Positions 27,789 through 38,196 of a DNA stretch of 64,000 nucleotides are shown in pieces (within the stretch, counting starts at the first letter, position 1; each line of letters opens with the position of its first letter). Position numbers and translations under genes: made by a program. The notes beneath the pieces were generated by a model. It was not told where the DNA came from. It searched no databases and worked only from the letters and a program-made list of their open reading frames with translations. Source of the stretch: an uncultured Pseudomonadales bacterium (GTDB taxonomy: Bacteria; Patescibacteriota; Microgenomatia; UBA1400; PJMF01); assembly GCA_964437755.1 (NCBI GenBank), contig CAYTIA010000003.1, positions 7,641 through 71,640 of the forward strand, given 5' to 3'.

Positions 27789-30122
27789 CTATAATTTCGC
27801 CCTGATCTGCATCTCCTCTTCAATAAGAGCTCTGTCTTTTCCGTATTTAAGCCTAGACAACTCCTTAATCATTTCAGCTAATTTTGGATTCATTTGTGCC
27901 TCAATCTTGTCCATATCTTTTTCAAGAGATACGCTAAAAGGTGGAACTGGCTCATTATTCACAATCGTTTTCATGTACACATGATATTTTTCAATGTTTG
28001 TTAAATCTGCTTCATTAAAGGTTGGCACAAATTCATGTTGCAAGAAATTTGCATCAGTCACACCAACTCTAAAAGAAACCATGGTGCCTACATTACCAAA
28101 AACGGCATTTTTTACATCTTCTTCTATTTGACCGACATACTGATTGGCAACTATTAGGTTTAGTTTGTATTTTCTTGCCTCAGACAAAATCACAGCAAAG
28201 TCTTCGGTTGCATAATTCTGAAACTCATCAACGTATAAAAAGAAGTCATGTCGTTGATCTTGAGGTACATCAGCTCTACTCATGGCAGCGGTTAAGATTT
28301 TTGGTACCAGAATCAATCCCAAGAATTTGGCATCTTCCTCTCCCAAAACACCTTTTGAAAGATTACAAAGAAGAATTTTCTTTTCGTCCATTGCTTTTCT
28401 AAAGTCAAAAGCGCTCTGAGTTTGACCAATAATATTACGCATCACTTTGTTGGTCACAAAACGACCAAATTTTGAAACAATATAGTCCAATACTTCCGAC
28501 TTATGAAAATCGCTCGTTTGCGCAATTTGATCAGTCCAGTATCTTTTAACAACTGGATCTTTAATATAAGGTAACATCTCTTTAACAAAGTTTTCATCTG
28601 TGAGAATTCTCACCACTTCGATAAATGTTGAGTTTTCCCTACTCATAACTGATAGCATTGCATTTCTAATAGCATGCTCGAAACGAGGTCCAATAATACC
28701 TGTGCGGTGCGGATCATACAGCTTATACATTAAGGAAATAATAGAACCTACAACAAAATGTCTTTGGTCCTCATTGTAGGCCTCCATGATGTTAAGGCCC
28801 ATTGGACGCTCCTTATCTGATGGATTGAAGTAAATCACGTCCTCAGCTCTCTCCGCAGGCATTAGCTGCATCACATCCTCCACAAACTCTCCGTGCGGAT
28901 CAATGGCAGCAACCCCATGACCGTTTTCAATATCCTGCAAGATCATCTGCTTAAGAAATTCGGATTTACCCGTACCGGTTTTACCAACAATATACATGTG
29001 ACGCCTGCGATCCTTAAGGCTCATATACACTTTTCGCGTTTCACCTCGATAATGAGATTCTCCTATAAATAATCCTGACTGAGGAATTTCGTGTGGAGCC
29101 GGTGCGTTTTTAGCCGTTAACCACTTAATGTGATGAGTCTCAACCGTTTTGTTAGGAAAATGAAAGATGGTAGCTAGCTCAGATGTATTAAAAACACTAG
29201 TACCCTTATTAAAAAGAGGCATATAGCGATAAATAAAATCAATCATAAATAAGTGCTTTAAAAAAATGCGAACTTTTTTAAATGAGTTGTGAGCTGAAAC
29301 AAACTGAGAAAAAGAGCCTTTCACATTTTCAACATGAAGTTTTGCCATCTCTTCATTTTGAGCTGAAACTACAACTCTAATAGATGTTCTAAAACCAGGC
29401 CTAGAAATCTTGTCGCTAATAGCTTCCATTTCTTTAGGATCGTGAGTGTATGAGGCCTTTTCAGGATCTGCTTCCTTTTTCTTTTGCTTACTCATATAAG
29501 AATTTCCTCTTTTTTGCCAACGACCACCGATGGGTTGAATCAGTATCTGCAACACTCCTCCCTCGCCTGTTTGCATTTTTGATAAAGATGATGTGATTAA
29601 GGACAGTCCATCTGTCGGTAAATCCTTATAAGTTTGAATTGGATAATAGGTTGGTTTTTCAAGCTTAATTGCCCCAAAAGCAACCTTACCCTCTTCGTTA
29701 AAAATATTCACCTCATCAACCTCTTTAATTACGGCTTGAGGATAGGCGCCATTAATTTGTTTCTCAACGATGTCTTGAATTTTTTTGGAGCAACTTACAT
29801 AAAATCCAAGCTCTTCTTGTAATGACACTATTTCAAAAGCTATTGTTTCTTGTCTTTTTGTAAAAGAAAAAAAACCACTTTTATGCAAAGAATAAAGACC
29901 AGCAAACATCTGTTCGGCCGCATCGATCTTGATTTCATTGTCTTTAGGAAGTTTGACCAGGAGAGTTACAAAATTAATAGCATAATCTTCTCTTTTTAAA
30001 TGCTTTAGCCATTGGGCAAACATATAAATAAATACCCCAATCAACAGAATAATTAGCACAAATAAAAGGATACCTGCAAAAACTGCAAAAAGTTGGTTTA
30101 CTAGTTGATTAATTGAGTCCAT
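27789..30122 (-). CDS. VirD4/TraG/TrwB-HerA superfamily ATPase, N-terminally membrane anchored
   Basis: RRRHMYIVGKTGTGKS (Walker A), IDPHGE, LYVDEFQNY (Walker B), LSEARKY..LIVANQY, AVFGNVGT. Confidence 0.88.
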   Translation of the reverse strand: MDSINQLVNQLFAVFAGILLFVLIILLIGVFIYMFAQWLKHLKREDYAINFVTLLVKLPKDNEIKIDAAEQMFAGLYSLHKSGFFSFTKRQETIAFEIVSLQEELGFYVSCSKKIQDIVEKQINGAYPQAVIKEVDEVNIFNEEGKVAFGAIKLEKPTYYPIQTYKDLPTDGLSLITSSLSKMQTGEGGVLQILIQPIGGRWQKRGNSYMSKQKKKEADPEKASYTHDPKEMEAISDKISRPGFRTSIRVVVSAQNEEMAKLHVENVKGSFSQFVSAHNSFKKVRIFLKHLFMIDFIYRYMPLFNKGTSVFNTSELATIFHFPNKTVETHHIKWLTAKNAPAPHEIPQSGLFIGESHYRGETRKVYMSLKDRRRHMYIVGKTGTGKSEFLKQMILQDIENGHGVAAIDPHGEFVEDVMQLMPAERAEDVIYFNPSDKERPMGLNIMEAYNEDQRHFVVGSIISLMYKLYDPHRTGIIGPRFEHAIRNAMLSVMSRENSTFIEVVRILTDENFVKEMLPYIKDPVVKRYWTDQIAQTSDFHKSEVLDYIVSKFGRFVTNKVMRNIIGQTQSAFDFRKAMDEKKILLCNLSKGVLGEEDAKFLGLILVPKILTAAMSRADVPQDQRHDFFLYVDEFQNYATEDFAVILSEARKYKLNLIVANQYVGQIEEDVKNAVFGNVGTMVSFRVGVTDANFLQHEFVPTFNEADLTNIEKYHVYMKTIVNNEPVPPFSVSLEKDMDKIEAQMNPKLAEMIKELSRLKYGKDRALIEEEMQIRAKL

Positions 30123-30131
30123 ATTTTTCTT

Positions 30132-30827
30132 TTATTCTTTTGATGAATTTTCTAAGTAAACAACCTTGCCCGCAAACATTTTAATAATCTTTTGACTCCA
30201 TTCTACCAACCACCTAATGCTGTATTTTGGACTTTTCCTCTTTCCTTTTTTTTGAATCTCTGGTGTAATCGGTAAAACAATAACTGGTTCAGATACAAAC
30301 TGGTTTTGAGTTGGCAAATTAGCTATCTCATCCACAATTGCAATTTCCTTCGGAGCTTGATCTTTATCATCGTGAACTTCCTGAAGATATTTCTCAACTT
30401 CTGGAGATAATTCGGGACTTTTTTCGACCTCAACCACTTGGACACTTGCTCCTTGCTCAACAGATGACTGAATCGAGCCCTCAACTTCTTTTTTTACAGA
30501 AGAAATTGGAGATTGATCTAGAGGAGGGAGATTAATTCCAGGTTTTTTTAATGGTGATTGATCTGATAAATCTGAGTCAGTTTGCTGAAGAAGAACAACT
30601 TGCCTTTCTTGCTCGACTTCATCTATTGCTTTTTCCAATAGGATTAAGGCGTCTAGTTGAGAAAGCTTTTCTGAATTCAAGTTATTAGCTGAGTTAGCTT
30701 CGGCTACATCTGCTATCACATCCTGATTGCTACCCACTATTTTTTTGACTGTTGGACTAGATAAGGCCGAACTCTGCTTGGTGCGATATTTGTTCAAAAG
30801 ACTTGATGGCGTAAATTGGGCAGACAT
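30132..30827 (-). CDS. Hypothetical protein (low-complexity, basic/aromatic C-terminal motif)
   Basis: 231-aa ORF, 9 bp upstream of the ATPase on the same strand. Confidence 0.6.
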   Translation of the reverse strand: MSAQFTPSSLLNKYRTKQSSALSSPTVKKIVGSNQDVIADVAEANSANNLNSEKLSQLDALILLEKAIDEVEQERQVVLLQQTDSDLSDQSPLKKPGINLPPLDQSPISSVKKEVEGSIQSSVEQGASVQVVEVEKSPELSPEVEKYLQEVHDDKDQAPKEIAIVDEIANLPTQNQFVSEPVIVLPITPEIQKKGKRKSPKYSIRWLVEWSQKIIKMFAGKVVYLENSSKE

Positions 30828-30932
30828 ATTTTAGTACTCAAATATCAACAGGTCATAATTAGACACAGGTCTATCTTACTAGGAATATGCTTGAGAATAA
30901 AGTATCTATATAAGTTAGTTAATAATGCCTAC

Positions 30933-31496
30933 TCAATAAATCGCTTCATAAATTGTTTCATTACATACCAGCCTATCCCCGATATTGATGTTCTTCTCCT
31001 CTACAAAACCCTCATTCACCTCAATTAAAATATCTATAGGAACAGATGGAGAATAAGTTGGCAATGTTTCAAGAGCTTCGTAGTTTAAAGGAGCCTGTAA
31101 TCCATAGGTTATGTCAACAACCTCTCCATCAACTATCCAAATTAGATCAATGTTGAACTTCATCTCTTTCATCCAAATACTGTGGAAATCTTTTTTGTTA
31201 AAAACAAATAGTAAGCCATCACTCCCGATTTCGTCTCTGCCGCTTAACCCCAGAATTCTACTTGTCGAACTATTTACTATTTCAAAAAAATAACTCTTTT
31301 CACCAAGAGAAAAGCTTAATTTCGAACCATCCTTAACCTGCCTTAATTTCTCCACTAGCTCACTCTTTGTTAAATTTTTATTATTGAAGATGTTTTTTTC
31401 TCCAATTAACACTGCTATCAAACTTATAAATAGAACTAAAAAAACGATGTTTGATATTTTTTTTAACGATTTTTTCATTTCATTAAAGCTGACCAA
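30933..31496 (-). CDS. DUF192 family protein
   Basis: GLSGRD, GLLFVF, IWMKEMKFNIDLIWI, IEVNEG, IGD. Confidence 0.85.
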   Translation of the reverse strand: MVSFNEMKKSLKKISNIVFLVLFISLIAVLIGEKNIFNNKNLTKSELVEKLRQVKDGSKLSFSLGEKSYFFEIVNSSTSRILGLSGRDEIGSDGLLFVFNKKDFHSIWMKEMKFNIDLIWIVDGEVVDITYGLQAPLNYEALETLPTYSPSVPIDILIEVNEGFVEEKNINIGDRLVCNETIYEAIY

Positions 31497-31960
31497 ATGC
31501 TAATTAACAAAAAATAGAATGTTGCAACAATAACCAATAGCTCTATTTGTGATGGGTCCAAACTTTTTTTTAATTGAGATAAAAATCTTTTTTGAAAGAG
31601 AATTACATTTTTCTTGAGTAACCACATCTCTTGGACTAATCCAAGCAATATACCTAACACAAACCCTTTTCCTAGGGCCCCACTTGTTGATGAAACAACA
31701 AAAAATGACAAAGGAACTAACAAAAGTAAAAAAAGCGTCGATCTTGATATTAAAACACTGTCTGCAAATTGGTCATCTTGTTGAGATTTTTCAGCGTAAT
31801 ATTTTAAGAGATATTTCTCATCAGCTATTAACAAAACTATTCCAAAAATGACTCCTGCTACAAACAACACCATTCTCAGCCATGAATCAATCATTAACAA
31901 AAAAGGTAAACAGTACAATATTGAAACTAGTAGTTTGTTGTTACTTAGTTTATTGATCAT
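31475..31960 (-). CDS. Hypothetical integral membrane protein
   Basis: Several hydrophobic segments; overlaps both neighbours as in an operon. Confidence 0.6.
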   Translation of the reverse strand: MINKLSNNKLLVSILYCLPFLLMIDSWLRMVLFVAGVIFGIVLLIADEKYLLKYYAEKSQQDDQFADSVLISRSTLFLLLLVPLSFFVVSSTSGALGKGFVLGILLGLVQEMWLLKKNVILFQKRFLSQLKKSLDPSQIELLVIVATFYFLLISIWSALMK

Positions 31961-33230
31961 GATGAATTTTTTTAACTGCTAATATTTTTATAAGACTTTC
32001 ATTAACCTTTTTTGCAAACTCTTCATCTTGCTCGTAATGAGCAGAAAGTTCTTTAACTACTTTCGTTAATTGATTAGCCTCAACTCCAGAACCAAACACC
32101 AAAACATTATTGCCCGCCATTATTGCCTGATAAGAAAGAACTGAAAGTTTCTCTTCTTGCAAAAGACTCGTTTTACTCAAAGTATTTCCATCAGAAACAT
32201 CTAGTTCTAAAAATGAAAAATTTTTCACAAAATCATTTGCTGAGCTGTTTAAAGCTCCCATTTCAAGAGCGTCAGTAAACAAAATAACTAGTGGCATTTT
32301 ATTATTAAAAACAGAAAGACATTCTTCACTCATAGAACAGGGTTTCCCCTCAAGCATATCTTTAATTTGTACATGTGAACTCATTACTCCAATATTGGGA
32401 TAAATATCAAGAACTTTTGAAAATATTAAGGTATCGTTTTCGTTTAATTGGATTGAGTCAGGAAACTTGTGTAAGTCTTTTGATGTTTGTCCTAATCCAG
32501 GAAAATGCTTGATAACTGGCAAAATTTGCTGATCTCCAAACACCTTTATAAACTCGATCGAGGTTATTAACAATGAATCATAATCGGAACAACTTCGATC
32601 ACCCAACACCTTGCTATCGATATCGAGAACTGGAGCAAAAATAATATTTACTCCTAGATCACTTAGTTCTTTTGCAGACGAAAATAATTGCTGTTGTAAA
32701 TCATATTTATCAGCATCACACATCTCTTTTAATGATGGCAGCTGAGTAAAACCTTCACCAGATAATCTTTGGACCGATCCCCCCTCATGATCTACGGCAA
32801 TTAGAGGCTGAAGAGCCTTATTGTTGAATAACTCTTTTATTTGCTTTAAATGAGAAGATGCGTTGTCAAAAGAAACATTTGACCCAAATAAGGTAATAAT
32901 TCCCGGATCAAGTTTGGTTAACTCAGCCGAGCTTGTTGAACTAAGACCCACAGTCTTTGAATCTTTTGCTTCATTAGAGTCATCCAACTCCGAATTGATC
33001 ACTAACGAATAAGCAATTAATTGTGAAATTTTTTGCTCTGTTGTGAGCTCATTTAGAATTTTTAACCTCTCATCAATATAATTTTCTGCTAACTCAGCAT
33101 TAACTTCCTCCTTAACTTCTTCAACAACCGTGTCGACACTTAGAAACGGTTTTGCAAAGTAGTTATAACCCATTAAAACTGCAATAAAAAACAGTATTAG
33201 AACAAATATTTGAGTTGAGCGATTGGTCAT
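31950..33230 (-). CDS. Membrane-anchored GH3 beta-N-acetylhexosaminidase (NagZ-like)
   Basis: IAVDHEGGSVQRL, FAPVLD, KHFPGLG..DLH, FTDALEM; N-terminal TM. Confidence 0.85.
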   Translation of the reverse strand: MTNRSTQIFVLILFFIAVLMGYNYFAKPFLSVDTVVEEVKEEVNAELAENYIDERLKILNELTTEQKISQLIAYSLVINSELDDSNEAKDSKTVGLSSTSSAELTKLDPGIITLFGSNVSFDNASSHLKQIKELFNNKALQPLIAVDHEGGSVQRLSGEGFTQLPSLKEMCDADKYDLQQQLFSSAKELSDLGVNIIFAPVLDIDSKVLGDRSCSDYDSLLITSIEFIKVFGDQQILPVIKHFPGLGQTSKDLHKFPDSIQLNENDTLIFSKVLDIYPNIGVMSSHVQIKDMLEGKPCSMSEECLSVFNNKMPLVILFTDALEMGALNSSANDFVKNFSFLELDVSDGNTLSKTSLLQEEKLSVLSYQAIMAGNNVLVFGSGVEANQLTKVVKELSAHYEQDEEFAKKVNESLIKILAVKKIHHDQ

Positions 33231-33260
33231 AAATTATACATATAATACCCTAAAACAGTT

Positions 33261-33611
33261 TCAAGAATTATTTTTTAAGTTATCGCTTTTTACGAGCTCT
33301 TCTTTTAATTGCTTGAGTTTCCACATAAAAAGCGCTCCTTTATTTTTAGCATTTGAATCTGAAACAAAGCTTAAAGCTCTTTCTAACAAGCCACGATTCT
33401 CCTTTTTTGCTAATTTTATATATAGGCTTTTATGCTTTAGATCATCTAGTTCAAGCGCCAATCTATAACCGTAATCTTGAAATTCTTGAGAGATATACCC
33501 CTTTCCATCTTTAATCTGATAATGAGAAAATAAATCTCCTAGTGGTTGAAAAGTTGGATCGTCTTTTTTTGTTGAAGAACTTGGTTTTTTGTCGTTTTTG
33601 TGTGAAATCAT
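33261..33611 (-). CDS. Small basic helical hypothetical protein
   Basis: 116-aa ORF within the minus-strand operon. Confidence 0.6.
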   Translation of the reverse strand: MISHKNDKKPSSSTKKDDPTFQPLGDLFSHYQIKDGKGYISQEFQDYGYRLALELDDLKHKSLYIKLAKKENRGLLERALSFVSDSNAKNKGALFMWKLKQLKEELVKSDNLKNNS

Positions 33612-33623
33612 AACTTAAAGAAT

Positions 33624-34847
33624 TTACTCTTTTTCTTCCTGTATTAATAAGCTCATGAGAGCTCCTAAAGACCCAAGTAGGAATAATCCTGTCCATCCAA
33701 CTGGAAAGACGAAAAAGAATATTAATAAAACCGCCCAAAACAACGCAGCGGCCATAGCTCTATTGAATGCATAGTAAACAAAATATGAAAACTCTTGATC
33801 TCCTTTTCCTCTTCTAAACAGAATGCTGTCGTTAAATAACCAGTGAAAATTGCCAACCACTCTGCTACAAGCGTCAACTGCAACCACTCCCCAAACATTT
33901 ATTACCGCCAATCTCAAAAGTGACAAAGTAGAAAGAAATCCACCAGAAAAATAAAAGGGCTTATTTGATTTTCTTTTTTTATCAAGTAAATTTCCAACAA
34001 ACAGATTTATAACCATCGCGACGAAAAGAGAGATGCTATAAACATAACCAACCTTTTCAACATCTCCTAACAAGAGATAAACATACAAAGGCCAAAGAGT
34101 AATACTCATGTCATAAAAATACCTACCAGATTGAGAAGTGGTAAGTTTAATGAAGCTTTTTTCCTTCATCCATTCGAAGTACTCCTTAAGATTAACCTCA
34201 TCTTTTTCTTGAGGAAGATCAAGCTTAAAAAGACCCATCAGTGAAATTAGCAACAAAACAATGCTTATGTAAAAAAGATAGTTATATCCAAAAAATAATA
34301 TAATTAATCCTCCTACTGCTGGAGCTATCATTGAAGTAAAGTTTGAAATAAATCCAAATCTTCCTAGATTTTTTCCCATGCTCTTCTTAAATGAAAGTCT
34401 AGCAATCAAAGTATTGTAAGAAGGCCAATAAAAAACTAGCTGAAGACCAGCTAAAAATGATCCAACTAAAAGAAACAATGGCGATTTACCAGCACCTGAA
34501 AAACTAACTAAAAACAACATATAAGATAACGTGCCCATAATCATTGACCACTCATGACCAACTTTAATGGAAAAAGCTGCCTGAATCATACAAAAAATAG
34601 CACTTACAACTCTTTCAATAAAATAAAAAGCCGCAATAAGTACCATGCCTTTTTGGATGGAATTCAATTCCCATCCCCACCAACCCAGTTGTTGAGCTTG
34701 ATGAAAAAGAAATAGAGGTAAATAAAAAAAACTTAAATTTCCAGCAAGTTGTCTAAACATATAACTAAATGAAAGCCAAACTCGATTTTTCTTTCTTCTG
34801 GTAAATCTTTTTTCTACTGAGTTCAATATTTCTTTTACATTGGGCAT
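33624..34847 (-). CDS. MFS transporter
   Basis: About 12 TM helices; FYWPSYN, APAVGG, GNLLDK. Confidence 0.8.
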   Translation of the reverse strand: MPNVKEILNSVEKRFTRRKKNRVWLSFSYMFRQLAGNLSFFYLPLFLFHQAQQLGWWGWELNSIQKGMVLIAAFYFIERVVSAIFCMIQAAFSIKVGHEWSMIMGTLSYMLFLVSFSGAGKSPLFLLVGSFLAGLQLVFYWPSYNTLIARLSFKKSMGKNLGRFGFISNFTSMIAPAVGGLIILFFGYNYLFYISIVLLLISLMGLFKLDLPQEKDEVNLKEYFEWMKEKSFIKLTTSQSGRYFYDMSITLWPLYVYLLLGDVEKVGYVYSISLFVAMVINLFVGNLLDKKRKSNKPFYFSGGFLSTLSLLRLAVINVWGVVAVDACSRVVGNFHWLFNDSILFRRGKGDQEFSYFVYYAFNRAMAAALFWAVLLIFFFVFPVGWTGLFLLGSLGALMSLLIQEEKE

Positions 34848-34860
34848 AGATTTTATATAG

Positions 34861-35421
34861 TTAGAAACTTAATATTTTTCGTTCAATAAGTTGAGCGACA
34901 ATTTTTTCAAAGACCTCCTCAAGAACTCTTAATTGAACTGACTCTAGACTTTGCAACACATATTTTTCTGATGGAATTTGCCTATTCCCATCTCGATCAT
35001 CTGAGCCTATTCTTATGTGCCAAAAATCCATAGTGTTCAAGTGTTGATAAATAGAACTAAGACCGTTGTGATCCTTTGGTCCCGTAGCGAGCTGAATCTT
35101 AAACTCTCCAAACTTTATATCAAGATCATCATGAGCCACAAACAAATACTCATTTGCTAATTGAGCCATGCTGGATCCCGAGTCTCCATAAAAGTTTAAT
35201 ACTTTTGAAACCGCTTCGCCAGACAAATTCATAAATGTTTGTGGTTTAACTAACACTAAGTTTGAATTTATTGATAGTTCAGTCTGAAGCTTATTTTTAA
35301 AGGAAAATTGCTCCAGATGATATTTCAGAAGCAGAAAATCCAAAAACATAAAGCCTAAGTTGTGTCTGGTTAATTGGTATTTTTCCCCTGGATTACCTAA
35401 ACCGACTAATATATTTTTCAT
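34861..35421 (-). CDS. pth: Peptidyl-tRNA hydrolase
   Basis: VGLGNPGEKY..TRHNLG, KPQTFMNLSG, HDDLD, HNG. ATG 35421 preferred. Confidence 0.95.
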   Translation of the reverse strand: MKNILVGLGNPGEKYQLTRHNLGFMFLDFLLLKYHLEQFSFKNKLQTELSINSNLVLVKPQTFMNLSGEAVSKVLNFYGDSGSSMAQLANEYLFVAHDDLDIKFGEFKIQLATGPKDHNGLSSIYQHLNTMDFWHIRIGSDDRDGNRQIPSEKYVLQSLESVQLRVLEEVFEKIVAQLIERKILSF

Positions 35422-35521
35422 AAATACCATTCTATCAACATCAGATATAATTACCATGCGATAATCCTAGCGCACAAAACAATACCTTTGACAAAATTAT
35501 CAAATCATTAAAAAAAATAAT

Positions 35522-36379
35522 ATGGTCCGCTCTTTTTCAATAATTATTCCAACTCTTAACGAAGAAAAGTACCTTCCCAATCTACTAGAAGACCTTTCTA
35601 ATCAGAATTATAAAAATTTTGAAGTCATAGTAGTTGATGGTAGTTCTAAAGATAAAACTTTAGAAAAAGCTAAAACATTCTCTTCAAAACTAGATCTAGC
35701 AATCATTGATTCAAAACAAAGAGACGTTGGATATCAAAGAAATAGTGGAGCTAAGCGTGCAAGCAGTGATTGGTTAATATTTATGGATGCTGATAATCGA
35801 GTTCCGAACTCATTTTTAGCCGATCTTAAAAAAGTCTTGGACAATGATAAAAAAATAGATGCATTTTCTTGTTGGATAAAGGTTGATGAATACCCAGTAA
35901 TTCATAGACCCACGGTTAGATTTATTAATTTTAGCTTTAGCTTACTTGGTACTGAGGCTATGGGAGCAATGATTGGAATAAAAAAAGATATCTTCTCCAA
36001 ACTTGAGTTTGCAGAAGGTCAAATATATGAAGATGCTGATTTAATAAAAAGACTCTCAAAAGCTGGCTACAAATACAAGTATCTTCAAAAACCCTCTTAT
36101 ATTTACTCATTTAGAAGATTTGAAAAAGAGGGAACCCTGAAACTAGCCTCCATTGCAATAGAGGGCAGAATTCGCATGCTTTTAAACAAATCTGTTAAAG
36201 ACTATGATAAATATCCAATGATTGGAGGTGAATATTATGATGGAAGCCAGTCATTCAACTTAATAAAGCAAATGGATAAAATTGAAAACTACTTTAAAAA
36301 AGCAACAAAGAAACAAATTGAAAAAGCAAAAAAAATTTGGTCAATTCTTATTGAAGATGAACTAGCTTCAAAAGATTAA
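35522..36379 (+). CDS. GT2 glycosyltransferase
   Basis: SIIIPTLNEE, VVDGSSKD, QRNSGA, FMDAD, YED, SFRRFEKEG. Confidence 0.9.
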   Translation: MVRSFSIIIPTLNEEKYLPNLLEDLSNQNYKNFEVIVVDGSSKDKTLEKAKTFSSKLDLAIIDSKQRDVGYQRNSGAKRASSDWLIFMDADNRVPNSFLADLKKVLDNDKKIDAFSCWIKVDEYPVIHRPTVRFINFSFSLLGTEAMGAMIGIKKDIFSKLEFAEGQIYEDADLIKRLSKAGYKYKYLQKPSYIYSFRRFEKEGTLKLASIAIEGRIRMLLNKSVKDYDKYPMIGGEYYDGSQSFNLIKQMDKIENYFKKATKKQIEKAKKIWSILIEDELASKD

Positions 36380-38160
36380 CTAACCACAATATTTTTTAGC
36401 TCGTCAAAAGTTGTAATCTGCTCCAGTTTTTTGTCATCTCTAAACTTGATAAGACGAGGAAAGCGAAGAGCTTTTCCAGCAGTATGGAGAGGAGAGTTGG
36501 TTAATTCATCGGCTGCTATTTCAACAACGATATTCGGATCCAGCCAGACATCTGGAAATAGTTCTTTCGGCACGTCATAGTTAACAGGTTTATTTTTTGT
36601 TTGAGAAATATCTGCTCTACTCTTTAAATCAATAAATTGATCATCTGATAATCCTGTGCCAATCTTTGCCACTGTTTTTATTTCTCCATTTTTGGCTAAA
36701 ACACCCACTAAAAATGCTCCTACTCCAAATTTGGTTCTTTTTCCTTTTCCTAAGTAATAACCCATAACTATACAATCAAGAGAATCACTTAGCTTTCCTC
36801 TTTCACCCTCTTGCTCTTTAATCTTCACCCAACTCCAGCCCTTTCTTCCCGCCCGATAGCGCGAACCAACTCGCTTGATCACCGCACCCTCCAAACCCTT
36901 CTGAAGTTGTAGCGTATGATACCTGTGTACTTGATCAGCATTAGAAGTAACTATAAAGTCTGTTATTTGCACTGTTTGATTATGAGTTACAACATTGGCT
37001 AATTTTGCTTTTCTTTCAACTAAAGGAACATCAATTAGCGAGTTTCCATCTAAAAACAACAGGTCGAATAGATAAAATCTAATTGGTGTATTGCCAGATT
37101 GCTCTTGAATATTGTGCTTACGCTTGCGAGTAATGGTTTGTTGAAATGGCAATAACTCATCTGAAACCGAGTCATAACCAATAGCTTCCGCATCAAAAAT
37201 GCAGCTTTCTGCTTTAATTTGTTTTAATAACTCATCAGCTTCAGGAAACATGTGAGTTACATCCTCCAAGCTTCTGGTATATATCTTAATAGGTGATTCT
37301 TGTTCATGCCTATTGATATGAATTTGTGCACGCAACCCATCATACTTTGGCTCCACTATTACTTCGCCCATTTTTTCTATTATTTCTTGAGCAGAGTTTA
37401 ATCTTTGACATAAAGCCGGCAACACAGGAACTCCTGACTCTAATTCATAACTTTTTAAAAAATTGTACCTATCTTCTTTTGAGGCAGATTCCAAATATCC
37501 TTGAGCAAGTTTGCCTATATCTGCTTTTTTTTGATAAGCTTCTTCAATTATTGAGCTATCAGTTTTATCTCCATTCGCAAACCAAGATAAAGCATCAATT
37601 ATTGTCATTGTTGAAAAACCAAGCCTGATTTTTCCCAAAATAATTCTGGCAACAAACTTTGCAGAAACATGATCAAGCCCTGAAGCTAAGATTGAAACTT
37701 GTTCAACTTTTCTATCTTGAGATCCATCTCCATTATCTTTGGCAACTAACTCCAAATGATTATAAACCTCAAGAATAGATGGGTTTGATGTTTCAGCCTG
37801 ATCTTTTAAAAGCAACTCTATGCTTAGTCCAAGATCTCCGGTTTGTTTATAAGATTGCTCAATTGTTTTTAAATAAAAACTATCGTCTTGTTGATTAAAA
37901 AGGTTTGAGGTTGGCAAACTTCCATCAAGACTAACCTCTGCTAGAACTTTAGCAAAAGCCCTCATTAACAACTTTTCACTCATCTGAAACTCTAGCGATT
38001 TGTAAATAGGCACCAACCTTCCCTGCATCAAATAACAAGCAATTGCAATTTCATTAGACTCTAGTTCTTTAAATATTTCAGCTAATTGAGCTGTCATCTC
38101 CAATCGAGAACTAGTGTTCTCTAATTTCTGCAGGTAGGTACTAAATTGAGAGAAATTCAT
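36376..38160 (-). CDS. lig: ATP-dependent DNA ligase (archaeal/LigI-type: DBD-NTase-OB)
   Basis: EPKYDGLRAQIH (motif I), FDAE, FDLLFLDG, EGAVIK, WVKIK, LRFPRLIKFRDDK. Confidence 0.93.
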   Translation of the reverse strand: MNFSQFSTYLQKLENTSSRLEMTAQLAEIFKELESNEIAIACYLMQGRLVPIYKSLEFQMSEKLLMRAFAKVLAEVSLDGSLPTSNLFNQQDDSFYLKTIEQSYKQTGDLGLSIELLLKDQAETSNPSILEVYNHLELVAKDNGDGSQDRKVEQVSILASGLDHVSAKFVARIILGKIRLGFSTMTIIDALSWFANGDKTDSSIIEEAYQKKADIGKLAQGYLESASKEDRYNFLKSYELESGVPVLPALCQRLNSAQEIIEKMGEVIVEPKYDGLRAQIHINRHEQESPIKIYTRSLEDVTHMFPEADELLKQIKAESCIFDAEAIGYDSVSDELLPFQQTITRKRKHNIQEQSGNTPIRFYLFDLLFLDGNSLIDVPLVERKAKLANVVTHNQTVQITDFIVTSNADQVHRYHTLQLQKGLEGAVIKRVGSRYRAGRKGWSWVKIKEQEGERGKLSDSLDCIVMGYYLGKGKRTKFGVGAFLVGVLAKNGEIKTVAKIGTGLSDDQFIDLKSRADISQTKNKPVNYDVPKELFPDVWLDPNIVVEIAADELTNSPLHTAGKALRFPRLIKFRDDKKLEQITTFDELKNIVVS

Positions 38161-38196
38161 AAAAATATCTTATCATCACACGCTTAAACATTAAGC

